The position numbers were made by a program, and so were the translations under genes. From contig NC_004459.3 in assembly GCF_000039765.1 (NCBI RefSeq), forward strand, positions 2,301,127-2,333,126: DNA of 32,000 bases, read 5' to 3'. A model generated the notes under the pieces. It saw only the letters and a list, made by a program, of their open reading frames with translations. It made no database searches and was not told the DNA's origin. Source of the stretch: Vibrio vulnificus CMCP6 (GTDB taxonomy: Bacteria > Pseudomonadota > Gammaproteobacteria > Enterobacterales > Vibrionaceae). Of this stretch, positions 17,177 through 26,700 are shown piece by piece; within the stretch, counting starts at the first letter, position 1; every line of letters begins with the position of its first letter.

Positions 17177-17202
17177 GTGTGCATCAAGTGTAAAAAGCGG
17201 GG

Positions 17203-18978
17203 TTAGCTGGCTTGTTCCAGTTCTTGCTCCTCCTGCTGTTCAATTTCCTTGATATGCTGGCCTGCTTGTTGCAACTGGTACATCTGTGCGTAGCGCCCTT
17301 GCTGGGCAAGCAGTTGTTTGTGACTGCCCATTTCAACCAAATCTCCGTGGTGTAAAACCACAATTTTGTCGGCCTCCATAATGGTGGAAAGGCGGTGTGC
17401 AATCACCACTAGCGTCATATCATGGCGTAGGGCATTCAAACTGCGCTGTATCAGCGCCTCAGTCCCTGAATCGATGTTTGCCGTCGCTTCGTCGAGGATT
17501 AAAATTTTCGGCTTAGCGATAAGCACTCGGGCCATGGCCAACAACTGTTTTTGTCCAGCAGAGAGGTTGGTTTCTCCTTGGCCCAGTTGGGTGTCCAGCA
17601 ATTGAGGGTAGCGTTTGATCTGCTCAGCCAAACCTACTTGTTCTAAAGATTGCCAAATGATGTCGTCTGAGACTTCTCTTCCCAAGGCAATATTTTCTCT
17701 GACCGAGGTTGGCAGAATATGTGGATCTTGTTGAACCATCGCCACGTCTTTTCGCAGCACCGATTTTGCCAATGAAGCAATAGGGCGTCCATCCAGTTTC
17801 AGTTTGCCTTGGCTTACTGGGTAAAAGCCCATCAATAGCGAAGCGAGGGTACTTTTTCCGCTACCCGTGTGGCCGACCAAAGCGACGAACTGCTGGTGTT
17901 CCACGTCAATGTCGATCTTTTTCAATACCTGCTGCTTACCATCGTAGCTAAAGCTCAGTTGCTCTATGGCGATGGAACCACTTTTAAGTGGCTGCTGATC
18001 ATGACCATAGCTTTGCTCCGGTGCATCCATCATTTCAAAAATACGCTCGCTGGCCACTAAAGCTTGTTGCAGTAGCGCTAGCTGTTGCGTCATTTCAATT
18101 AATGGTTCGGTAATACGGCCAAGGTAGCTGATAAACGCGTACAGTACACCAACACCAATGAGCTCGGTACCACTGAAACCAAAAATGGCAACGAGGGTGA
18201 GTAAAGCGATGCCCGCCAATAAATCCATCAAGGGTCGAAGTAAAATACCATTCAGCTTGATGACTTTACGACCCGCTTTGAAATGCTGCTCAGTCAGTTG
18301 ATTAAACTGCTGGTTGAAGCGTTTTTCTTGGCGCATCAGTTGGATCACGCTCATCCCTTGGATCGATTCGCTCATATTGCCATTGATGTCAGTGAGCAAA
18401 TCACGCATAACGCGATAGGCGTGAGTGCTCAACTTTTGGAACAAGGCCATAAAAGCCACCACCACAGGCAAGAGAATCAGTACAACTAAGGTCAGTTGCC
18501 AGCTTAAGATCAACATCACTCCCAGCATGACTAAAATCATCACAAGATTCTTAACCACCGACGCAATAAGAAGCTCGTAGAACTGCTGCAGAGATTCCGT
18601 GTCGTTGGTGAGTCTTGAGACCAGCTTGCCAGTAGGGGTGTAATCGAAAGCCGACAAAGGTTGCTTGATCACACGATTAAATGCCTGCTTGCGAATGGTT
18701 TTAATGATGCCTGTCGCGACAATGTTAAATTGCAAACCTTGGAGATATTGAAACAAAGCTGAGCAAAGCAGCAGGCCAATATAGCCACTAGCAAGTAAGA
18801 TAAGTGTCTGTTGAGTGTAATCGTCTTTGGTAATGTGCTCGTCAATAAAGTGTTGGATGAGCCAAGGGCCACCCGCATTGCTGACAGCCGCAATCAACAA
18901 AAAGACTAAACCCGTTATCATGGGTTTTGGTTGCGCCAATGGATAAGCAAATAAACGTTTCAACGTGGTCTTTTTCAT
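17203..18978 (-). CDS. ABC exporter, fused permease/ATPase (MdlB-like half transporter)
   Basis: 591 aa from ATG 18978 (MKKTTLKRLF...). It has a six-TM exporter domain, then Walker A GHTGSGKST, signature LSAGQKQL, Walker B ILILDEATA and an H-loop IAHRL. The start overlaps the upstream stop (TAATG), which suggests translational coupling. The 20-codon extension in the track is rejected. Confidence 0.85.
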   Translation of the reverse strand: MKKTTLKRLFAYPLAQPKPMITGLVFLLIAAVSNAGGPWLIQHFIDEHITKDDYTQQTLILLASGYIGLLLCSALFQYLQGLQFNIVATGIIKTIRKQAFNRVIKQPLSAFDYTPTGKLVSRLTNDTESLQQFYELLIASVVKNLVMILVMLGVMLILSWQLTLVVLILLPVVVAFMALFQKLSTHAYRVMRDLLTDINGNMSESIQGMSVIQLMRQEKRFNQQFNQLTEQHFKAGRKVIKLNGILLRPLMDLLAGIALLTLVAIFGFSGTELIGVGVLYAFISYLGRITEPLIEMTQQLALLQQALVASERIFEMMDAPEQSYGHDQQPLKSGSIAIEQLSFSYDGKQQVLKKIDIDVEHQQFVALVGHTGSGKSTLASLLMGFYPVSQGKLKLDGRPIASLAKSVLRKDVAMVQQDPHILPTSVRENIALGREVSDDIIWQSLEQVGLAEQIKRYPQLLDTQLGQGETNLSAGQKQLLAMARVLIAKPKILILDEATANIDSGTEALIQRSLNALRHDMTLVVIAHRLSTIMEADKIVVLHHGDLVEMGSHKQLLAQQGRYAQMYQLQQAGQHIKEIEQQEEQELEQAS

Positions 18979-20723
18979 TAGTTTGCCTCCTCCATTGCTT
19001 GTTCGAGTTGTTGATATTGATACATTTCTGCATACCAACCTTGTGCGCCAATTAAACTGGCATGATTTCCGCGCTCGGCAATGTGCCCGTGATTAAACAC
19101 CACAATTTCATTGGCTTGCTCTAACGCTGTCAGTCGGTGGGCAATCACAATCAATGATTGGTGGCGATAGTACTGCTCAAGGTTACGCAAAATTTCGTGC
19201 TCGGTTCGTCCGTCCACTGCTGAAAGGGCATCGTCGAGAATAAGAATTTCTGCGTTGAGCAACATCGCTCGGGCAATGGCAATTCGCTGTTTTTGCCCGC
19301 CGGATAACGTAATCCCTTTCTCTCCGACTTCGGTGTCGTAGCCGTCTGGGAATTTCAAAATGTCATCGTGAATACAGGCCAATTTGGCCGCTTGATACAC
19401 CTCTTGTTGGCTTGCGTCCGGCCTTCCTAACGCGATGTTGTCATAGATAGAGCACGAAAACAGAAAGGGTGTTTGACTCACAACGGCAAATTTCTCGCGC
19501 CACTGCTCAAGGTTTGCTTGTTTGAGCGAGATATCACCGTAGCGAATATCGCCCTGTTTCAGCTCTTGTTGACGAAGCAGCAAGGCAATCAAGGTTGATT
19601 TACCGCTGCCAACGGGCCCCGCGATACCAAGCATTGCGCCTGGCTGCAAGGTAATGTGGCACTGAGAAAGTGCGGCAGGTAAGTCCGCATTCCAGTGATA
19701 GTGGTCAATCTCGATCGCAAGTGGCTGAGCATTTTGTGTTAATGGCAAATCCCCACTTTTAATTTCTGGCTCTTGTTGGAAAATTTCCTCGAGACGATTC
19801 CACGCAGCGGATCCACGTTCAAGAATGTTGAATAGGAAAGCAAACGCCAGCATTGGCCAAATCATCAAGCCTAAATACATCGTAAAGGCAGTGAGATCGC
19901 CCAATGTGATCGCTTTCTGATGAACGAGATAGGCTCCAACGCTGATGCTTAAGAAAAAGGAAAGCCCGATAGAGAGTTGAATGGCTGGGTCAAATCGTGC
20001 GTCCACCCGCGCGACCGCAATGTTCTTGTCACCCGTTTCATCGACCATTTTCTCAAAGCGTGCTTGTTCTTGCTCTTCCAAGCCAAAGGCGCGCAACATT
20101 CTCACACCATTGAGAGACTCTTGAGTCAGATCGGAAAGCTCAGAGAACGCCTCTTGAGCGATGCGAAAACGCTGATGCAAAATACGCACAATGTAAAAGA
20201 TGGTGATCGCCAAAAACGGCATTGGCAGCAACGCCATCACCGTCAACTTCCAACTGATTTGTGTCACCATGATGATCAACACCGCAATGCCAGTGATCAG
20301 CGAATCCGCTGCGGTTAACACGCCTTCACCCGCGGTCACGACGACATTTTTTACGTCGTTGGTGCCACGAGCCATGAGATCGCCAGTTTTGTAGCGTTCA
20401 AAAAATCGGGGTGGCTGTTTCGATAAATGTTGGTAGAGACGATTTCGCAAAATGCTGCCAAGCTCAATACTGGCGCCAAATAGCCACACTCGCCACAACA
20501 CTCGGCAGCCATAAATGGCGAACATAATCAGAGTTAAACCGGCAAACCACTGCAGCATTTCAGTGGTGGACATGGTATTGGCAACGATACCGTCAACGAT
20601 GTGACCCACTGCTTTGGGCGTTACCAGTTGCATCGCAGAGATGAGCATAAAAAGCAGAATAGAACCACAATAGTGCTTCCACCTGAGTTTGAAAAACCAC
20701 CTTAAATTCCAGAATATTTTCAC
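18978..20723 (-). CDS. ABC exporter, fused permease/ATPase (MdlA-like half transporter)
   Basis: 581 aa. GTG start is preceded by SD AGGAGG 5 nt upstream. Motifs are Walker A GPVGSGKST, signature LSGGQKQR, Walker B ILILDDALS and an H-loop IAHRL. Pairing with the downstream gene suggests a heterodimeric exporter. Confidence 0.85.
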   Translation of the reverse strand: MKIFWNLRWFFKLRWKHYCGSILLFMLISAMQLVTPKAVGHIVDGIVANTMSTTEMLQWFAGLTLIMFAIYGCRVLWRVWLFGASIELGSILRNRLYQHLSKQPPRFFERYKTGDLMARGTNDVKNVVVTAGEGVLTAADSLITGIAVLIIMVTQISWKLTVMALLPMPFLAITIFYIVRILHQRFRIAQEAFSELSDLTQESLNGVRMLRAFGLEEQEQARFEKMVDETGDKNIAVARVDARFDPAIQLSIGLSFFLSISVGAYLVHQKAITLGDLTAFTMYLGLMIWPMLAFAFLFNILERGSAAWNRLEEIFQQEPEIKSGDLPLTQNAQPLAIEIDHYHWNADLPAALSQCHITLQPGAMLGIAGPVGSGKSTLIALLLRQQELKQGDIRYGDISLKQANLEQWREKFAVVSQTPFLFSCSIYDNIALGRPDASQQEVYQAAKLACIHDDILKFPDGYDTEVGEKGITLSGGQKQRIAIARAMLLNAEILILDDALSAVDGRTEHEILRNLEQYYRHQSLIVIAHRLTALEQANEIVVFNHGHIAERGNHASLIGAQGWYAEMYQYQQLEQAMEEAN

Positions 20724-21100
20724 TTAAGCCTCCTGCACTGATTGTGACGTCTCTTGAACTAAACGAAGGAGAAACACGTTGCGAAGAGAGCGCTTCACGT
20801 TATGTCGAGGCGTGAGCCTCATGTTACCTCAAACGTTGTAAAGAGAGTTTGTTGCTCGTTGTATGAGAGTGATACTGCTTTCTCATCGCGGAGTTTTGTT
20901 ATGTTGAATAGTAAAGACCCGACGAGATGCGATTTGAGATCGTGTGTGGTATTGACACCTAGGTGACAAATACGAGTTACCGGACGACATAAGCATGCAA
21001 GTGAGCGCTCAACGTCTGGTATGAGAGAGAAAAAGCCTATCGGGAATGTTCAATTATTCGTCGTCTGAATAGAATTACAAGATGATTTTTTGAACTCTTG

Positions 21101-21124
21101 AAAAAACGGCACAAAGTAGTGCCG
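21101..21124 (-). terminator. Second minus-strand terminator-like hairpin
   Basis: The minus strand reads CGGCAC-TACTTT-GTGCCG followed by TTTTTT (A-run 21101-21106 on the plus strand). It lies ~85 nt downstream of the first terminator. Confidence 0.45.
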
Positions 21125-21208
21125 CGAGCGTTATCCAGCGATGAAGTTCATCATTTTTAACCATTGGAGGAGAAGATGTTGGTGGATCGTCATATTTTGA
21201 TTAATCGA

Positions 21209-21240
21209 CAAAAAACAGCAACCGAAGTTGCTGTTTTTTA
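21209..21240. terminator. Bidirectional rho-independent terminator after the alanine symporter gene
   Basis: AAAAAACAGCAAC-CGAA-GTTGCTGTTTTTT, 18 nt after the symporter stop (21258, minus strand). Confidence 0.8.
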
Positions 21241-21257
21241 ACGAGAGTATCCGACAG

Positions 21258-22805
21258 TTACGCTTGTGTCGGTTCTTCGATATTTTGCTGCTGTACTTTG
21301 TAGACTTTGCCTGCTTGTAGGCGCGCTAGATAATCTTTCATATCGCGTTTAACTTCAGGAACAAGAATGTATAGGCCAACAATGTTCACCAATGCCATGG
21401 CGAAGATCATCGCATCAGAGAAGTCGATGACTGGGCCTAGGTTCATGGCAGAGCCAATCACGACAAACATGCAGAATTTAATTTTGAAAATCAGCTCTGC
21501 AGTCTTGCTTTCACCGAATAGGTAAGTCCAGGCTTTCAAGCCGTAGTATGACCATGAAATCATCGTTGAAAACGCGAACAGCACCACTGCGATCGCTAGG
21601 ATGTATGGGAACCAGCTAATGGCACTGCCGAAAGCGGCAGACGTCAGTTCAACACCCGCGAGACCAGAGCCGTTATCCAAGTAACCAGTAATGATGATCA
21701 CTAAGGCGGTCATAGTACAAATCACGACGGTATCGATGAAGGGTTCAAGGAGCGAAACAAAACCTTCAGACATCGGCTCTTTGGTTTTTACTGCCGCGTG
21801 TGCGATGGCCGCTGAGCCTACACCTGCTTCATTCGAGAATGCCGCACGTTTAAAGCCCTGAATCAATACACCAATCACACCGCCAGTGATGCCTTCGCCA
21901 GTAAAGGCGCCATTGAAAATCGCCGCGAATGCGTCGTCAATGCGGTCAAAGTTCATCGCGATAATGATCAATGCGGTACCAACGTAGATACCCGCCATAA
22001 ATGGCACCACTTTCTCGGTCACTTTTGCGATCGATTTAATACCACCGATGATCACGACGCCGACGATGGCGGCGAGGATCAAACCAAATAGCCAACCTTT
22101 GTCAGCAAGGAATGAAGATGCTCCGCCCGTCACTTCTACCACTTGCTTAAACGCTTGGTTGGCTTGGAACATGTTACCGCCCCCCAAAGCACCACCAATG
22201 GCGAATACGGAGAAGAGTACTGCAAGAGTTCGACCAAACGCTGCGTTACCGCGATCGGCGAGACCTTTGCTGAGGTAGTACATAGGACCACCCGACACTG
22301 AGCCGTCTGGGTTGGTATTGCGGTATTTCACGCCCAGTGCACATTCAACAAACTTACTCGACATGCCAAGTAGGCCTGCCAGGATCATCCAGAATGTGGC
22401 GCCTGCACCCCCGATAGAGACCGCGACGGCAACACCGGCAATGTTACCAAGGCCAACCGTACCGGAAAGGGCGGTGGTTAAGGCTTGAAAGTGAGAAACT
22501 TCACCTTGGTCTTTGGCTTTAGGATCAGAGTATTTGCCCGAAACCAGATCAATCGCGTGTTTAAAACCGCGTACGTTAATGAAGCCGAGATAAAAAGTGA
22601 AAAACGTCGCAGCAACGACGAGCCACAATACAATCCAAGGAACCTGTACGTCAGAAAAAGGGAATGGAATGGTCGAGAAGATCATTCCAACAAAGGGGTT
22701 GACGATAGGTGCCACGACCTCGTTGATTTTTTCATCCAAGCCGGCTGCTGAAGCGTTGAACGCCACAGTACTGCCTAACATGGCCAGCATTACATTTTTT
22801 ACCAT
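21258..22805 (-). CDS. Sodium:alanine (alanine/glycine:cation) symporter, AGCS family
   Basis: 515 aa, polytopic. AGCS hallmark stretches are present ([59 protein letters not shown]). Confidence 0.9.
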   Translation of the reverse strand: MVKNVMLAMLGSTVAFNASAAGLDEKINEVVAPIVNPFVGMIFSTIPFPFSDVQVPWIVLWLVVAATFFTFYLGFINVRGFKHAIDLVSGKYSDPKAKDQGEVSHFQALTTALSGTVGLGNIAGVAVAVSIGGAGATFWMILAGLLGMSSKFVECALGVKYRNTNPDGSVSGGPMYYLSKGLADRGNAAFGRTLAVLFSVFAIGGALGGGNMFQANQAFKQVVEVTGGASSFLADKGWLFGLILAAIVGVVIIGGIKSIAKVTEKVVPFMAGIYVGTALIIIAMNFDRIDDAFAAIFNGAFTGEGITGGVIGVLIQGFKRAAFSNEAGVGSAAIAHAAVKTKEPMSEGFVSLLEPFIDTVVICTMTALVIIITGYLDNGSGLAGVELTSAAFGSAISWFPYILAIAVVLFAFSTMISWSYYGLKAWTYLFGESKTAELIFKIKFCMFVVIGSAMNLGPVIDFSDAMIFAMALVNIVGLYILVPEVKRDMKDYLARLQAGKVYKVQQQNIEEPTQA

Positions 22806-23417
22806 TGTGTATCCTGTCTGTTCTTTAATAGAAACGAATAATTATTATCTGATGTTGTGTTGTTACCTTTTTGTAACATTGTGCATTATTCTGAGTGGTA
22901 ACAATTTTGCAACACATATTGATAGTTTTATGATCTACCCGTCACTACGTGATGTTCGTCGAAAAAATGCTTGATCCAAAGTGATTAGTTTGTATTTAGA
23001 CAGGCAATCAAAGTCAAAGATGCGATTGCCCAACGCCTTGTTATTGTGGGTCGGCGTGCTGGCAATTCTGTGTGTCGACTTTTTCTTTGGTGTTTTTGTT
23101 ACCAACGATAAGATCTAAAAATCGGATGTATTCAACGATTTACATCATCCCTCCTCGCATTCTTCGCTCGCGCTCGGTAATATGCCTCTGAGTTTGCAAT
23201 GTCTCATTGGTGCGACGAATGCTTTGGCGTTGTTACTTATTTGGGTGATCAATGTCGATTATTTGAAATATTAATTTGACAACTTCTTGACAGTGCTGGT
23301 GTCAAATTTATGTACATTGCGACCGTTTTTTCTCATCCAAACAATCATTCGTATCAATATCGACTTGTGTTTTTTAACAAGGTCTATGTGTTTCAAGGTT
23401 GTAGATAGGTTCTCGTA

Positions 23418-24833
23418 ATGACTTCAAATAAAGCACTAAAGTTTGCCGATGATGGATACGCTACTTTATTGAAAATAGCCGACTTCCTTCTCATCAACTT
23501 TTCACTCTTCATTTTCATTGCTTTGCTCGGGGAAGAGGAAACCGCCATTGATGTCACTGCAGGATTTATCTTTTCGATTATCTTTCTGCTTGGCGGTGAA
23601 TATCTGGGCCTCTATTCGCAATCTCGCATACGCAGAGTGCGTGCATCACTGGCCAGACTGTGCGCTGTAATATTCCTGTCTGCTTTTATGATGGTGTTTG
23701 TGCGATTTGGTTTTTTGGGACTAAAAGGCATTTCCATCACAAACCTTAATCCAACACTGTTGAACTACTGGTATGTACTGGTGTTGGCTTTCTTGAGCCT
23801 TTTCCGAGTTTCTATCATTTCCGTTGTGCGAGCGGTTATTAAGCTGGCTAATCGTAAAAAACGCATTGCGATCATTGGCCTTACGCCAGCGGGATTGGCG
23901 ATTTCCCAATCATTAGTGCGAGACTACAACGAAAATGATATTGAGCTGGCGTTTTATGATGACAGAGAGGAAGAGCGCTTTGGGTATTTAACGCAGGCAC
24001 CGTACAAGGGCAAAGTTGACGTTGCGTTAGAGCTTGCTCGAGAACGCAAACTGGATGAAGTGTACATAGCGTTGCCCATGGTAGCCAAAGATCGCATCCG
24101 CAACTATCTCAATGCATTATCTGACAGCACCGTGGATACGTATCTGGTGCCAGATCTTTATACCTATAACTTGTCGGTTTCTAAGGTGAAATCGGTAGGT
24201 GGAGTGCAAACCTTCAGCGTCTTTGCCTCGCCTTTTGATGGGGTGGGGGCGTTTTTCAAACGCGTCGAAGACCTTGTCATTGGCTCGCTGATCACCCTTT
24301 TGATCTTGCCTGTACTGGTTGCGGTTGCCGTTGGTGTGAAGCTTAGCTCTCCTGGCCCGGTACTGTTTAAGCAAGACCGCTATGGCCTTGGTGGCAAGAA
24401 AATCAAAGTGTGGAAGTTTCGTTCAATGCGCGTGATGGAAAACGATGCGGTCGTGACGCAAGCCACCAAGAATGACCCGCGCGTGACCAAATTTGGCGCT
24501 TTTATCCGCCGAACCTCACTAGACGAACTGCCGCAGTTTATCAACGTACTGCAAGGCTCGATGTCGATTGTTGGGCCTCGACCACACGCGGTTGCTCACA
24601 ATGAAGAATATCGAGTGTTGGTCGATAACTACATGATCAGACACAAAATTAAGCCTGGCATTACGGGGTGGGCGCAAATCAATGGATACCGTGGCGAAAC
24701 CGAAACGGTCGATAAAATGGAAAAGCGAATCCAATACGATATTCAGTACATGCAAAACTGGAGTCTATGGTTGGATATCAAAATTATTTTCATGACGGTA
24801 TTCAAAGGCTTTGTTAGTGAGACAGCTTACTAG
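23418..24833 (+). CDS. Priming polyprenyl-phosphate hexose-1-phosphate transferase (WbaP/WcaJ/VpsL/CpsA type)
   Basis: 471 aa. It has N-terminal TM helices, a central Rossmann-like region (RIAIIGLTPAG) and a C-terminal bacterial sugar-transferase domain (LILPVLVAVAVGVKLSSPGPVLFKQDRYGLGGKKIKVWKFRSM, DELPQFINVLQGSMSIVGPRPH). It is the first gene of the EPS operon. Confidence 0.85.
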   Translation: MTSNKALKFADDGYATLLKIADFLLINFSLFIFIALLGEEETAIDVTAGFIFSIIFLLGGEYLGLYSQSRIRRVRASLARLCAVIFLSAFMMVFVRFGFLGLKGISITNLNPTLLNYWYVLVLAFLSLFRVSIISVVRAVIKLANRKKRIAIIGLTPAGLAISQSLVRDYNENDIELAFYDDREEERFGYLTQAPYKGKVDVALELARERKLDEVYIALPMVAKDRIRNYLNALSDSTVDTYLVPDLYTYNLSVSKVKSVGGVQTFSVFASPFDGVGAFFKRVEDLVIGSLITLLILPVLVAVAVGVKLSSPGPVLFKQDRYGLGGKKIKVWKFRSMRVMENDAVVTQATKNDPRVTKFGAFIRRTSLDELPQFINVLQGSMSIVGPRPHAVAHNEEYRVLVDNYMIRHKIKPGITGWAQINGYRGETETVDKMEKRIQYDIQYMQNWSLWLDIKIIFMTVFKGFVSETAY

Positions 24834-26109
24834 TGCCATCTTCGGGTTGCTCGTTTGTTTGCCAGTTAATGCAGAGCTAACCCCGAAGTCGCATATCGGC
24901 ATTGCGGGCATCGATTTTCAGTCACAGCTCGCTGCGAGCTACGGCTCAAATGACAATGTGACGTATCAAACAGATGATCAGCAGGCGCAGCAATCTGACT
25001 ATGTTCAATTAGCGCCTTACCTTCAGGCGATTGGTGTTCGAGGGGAAGATCGTTATCTGTTGGCTTACAGCGGAGAATACCGCCAATACGCCGATTCGCC
25101 AGCTGATGATTATGCACGGCATTTTCTGCAGTTCGAAGGAGCATGGCGTTTTGGCCAAAAACACGGGCTAACATGGAACATCGCGCAAACCTACGATCAA
25201 GAAGAGCGGGGTGATGAACTCACGCAAGGGTTTAGCGAAAGTCAGTTTGAACAATACGGATTTTCTCAGCATGGTCTGAGAAATAGCATGTTTGATACCC
25301 GTTTGCGCTACAGCTATGGCGCATTACAAGGTCGCGGCAAGTTGGAAGTGATGTTGCAAAGCAAGCAGCTCAGCTTTCGTGATACCGACGATATTGCCAA
25401 AGCCAATGCGAATTTTCTCCGTTACGTTGAAGAGCAGCAGTGGCGTGAAGACAGCTTAGTGGTGGATTTGTTTGACCAAGTGAGCAGTCATAGCCGCTTT
25501 CGTTATAGCTTCATCACCAATCAACGACATTATGAAGAAAACGAGAGAAAAAACAGCAATGAGTACTACTTGCTGTTTGGCGTAAAAACCGAATTGACCG
25601 GCAAAACGACCTTGGAAGCGGAGACAGCATTGCTGCAAAAAAGCTTCCCGAACAACGGTGAAGCTGAGACGTTTCGAGGGGTTAACTGGGATGTGGAAGC
25701 CAATTGGCGACCAGTGAAACATTCAACGTTTACTTTGTATACATGGCAACGCGTCAAAGATCCGAGTGAAGAAGGGGGCTACATCCTCAATAGTCACTAC
25801 GGCGTTGCTTGGCAGCATCAATGGTGGGTGAAACGTCTGTCATCGCGAATCGAGTATGGCTATGAAGCGGAAGATTATCGTATGGCCAACAATGACCGCC
25901 GAGATGAAACGCAGATCGTCAAAGTATCTTTGGGTTACGACTTTAGACCATCGGTTCGTCTCGAGATGAATTATCAGTGGAATGGAATGGACTCGAACGA
26001 AGAGGTTGACCGTTTCAACATTGGTAGCAACGGGTCAAGTGAGTGGGTTGAGCGCCAATTAGGATACGACCAGTCATTCATCGAATTGCAATTGAAGTTG
26101 CAGATATAA
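24811..26109 (+). CDS. Putative outer-membrane beta-barrel protein of the EPS export apparatus (VpsM/CpsB-like position)
   Basis: 432 aa with a signal peptide (LTSAIFGLLVCLPVNA-ELT). The protein is rich in alternating aromatic/polar strands (RFRYSFITN, TFTLYTWQRV, YGVAWQHQWWV, RLEMNYQWNG, FIELQLKLQI). The start is TTG 24811 or GTG 24817 and overlaps the upstream gene by ~20 nt. The function is inferred. Confidence 0.6.
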   Translation: MLVRQLTSAIFGLLVCLPVNAELTPKSHIGIAGIDFQSQLAASYGSNDNVTYQTDDQQAQQSDYVQLAPYLQAIGVRGEDRYLLAYSGEYRQYADSPADDYARHFLQFEGAWRFGQKHGLTWNIAQTYDQEERGDELTQGFSESQFEQYGFSQHGLRNSMFDTRLRYSYGALQGRGKLEVMLQSKQLSFRDTDDIAKANANFLRYVEEQQWREDSLVVDLFDQVSSHSRFRYSFITNQRHYEENERKNSNEYYLLFGVKTELTGKTTLEAETALLQKSFPNNGEAETFRGVNWDVEANWRPVKHSTFTLYTWQRVKDPSEEGGYILNSHYGVAWQHQWWVKRLSSRIEYGYEAEDYRMANNDRRDETQIVKVSLGYDFRPSVRLEMNYQWNGMDSNEEVDRFNIGSNGSSEWVERQLGYDQSFIELQLKLQI

Positions 26110-26123
26110 AAAGGTTTGGAAAA

Positions 26124-26699
26124 ATGCAAAGAGTACTTCTTTTAATATTCAGTCTGTTATGGCTTGGGCAAGGGATGGCGGAAACGTTAGACGCCCCCTC
26201 GTCTCCTCAAGTGACTCAGAAAGAATCGCGCGACGCATCGTTGGATGATTACCACTTAGGCACTGGCGATAAAATCGAGATCATCGTTTATGGTGAAGAC
26301 GATTTATCGATGAAACTGAAAATTGGTAAAGCTGGCCTAGTGAACTTCCCTTACATTGGTGAAGTGAAGCTAACTGGTAGAACGCCGAGCGAGATTGAAA
26401 CTGAGATCGAAAACCGTCTACGCGGAGATTACCTTCTTAACCCAATGGTAACGGTCAATCTTGAGTCATTTCGCTTGTTCTATATCTCTGGCGAGGTTGA
26501 GCAGCCAAATGGCTATGAATACCAGCCTCGTTTAACCGTTGAACAGGCCATCGCCATGGCGGGTGGCTTTACCGATCGCGCCGACAAAGGCGATATCAAT
26601 ATCCGTTCAGGCTCGACTTTGGAGCTGATTGAAGATGTTGAACTCACGCACCCTGTGAACCCGGGTGACACTGTAATTGTAGAACAGAGCTTTTTCTAA
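26124..26699 (+). CDS. Short OPX (Wza-like) periplasmic polysaccharide export protein
   Basis: 191 aa with a signal peptide (LLLIFSLLWLGQGMA-ETL) and no lipobox Cys. It has a Poly_export-type motif (YHLGTGDKIEIIVYGEDDLS...GLVNFPYIGEVKLTGRTPSEIE) plus one SLBB-like unit (FYISGEVEQPNGYEY...TVEQAIAMAGGFT). It ends without the C-terminal amphipathic helix of full-length Wza. Confidence 0.8.
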   Translation: MQRVLLLIFSLLWLGQGMAETLDAPSSPQVTQKESRDASLDDYHLGTGDKIEIIVYGEDDLSMKLKIGKAGLVNFPYIGEVKLTGRTPSEIETEIENRLRGDYLLNPMVTVNLESFRLFYISGEVEQPNGYEYQPRLTVEQAIAMAGGFTDRADKGDINIRSGSTLELIEDVELTHPVNPGDTVIVEQSFF

Positions 26700-26700
26700 T

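Noticed and set aside
18979-19038. 20-codon N-terminal extension of the MdlB-like ORF (MVCRNVSISTTRTSNGGGKL)
   Set aside because: It lies inside the 3' end of the upstream ABC gene. The ATG at 18978 gives a typical exporter N-terminus and a TAATG coupling junction.
20802-20966. 54-codon plus-strand ORF in the ABC-exporter leader
   Set aside because: It has no SD, is Cys/Arg/Ser-rich and lies antisense to the probable 5' UTR. It ends in the palindrome.
22806-23100. Possible glycine riboswitch in the leader of the Na+/alanine symporter
   Set aside because: I recall that a V. cholerae tandem glycine riboswitch precedes a symporter of this family. I read the minus-strand leader and found none of the conserved aptamer elements (GGAGAG ... 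CACCGAAGGGGCAA-type cores). The leader is simply AT-rich.
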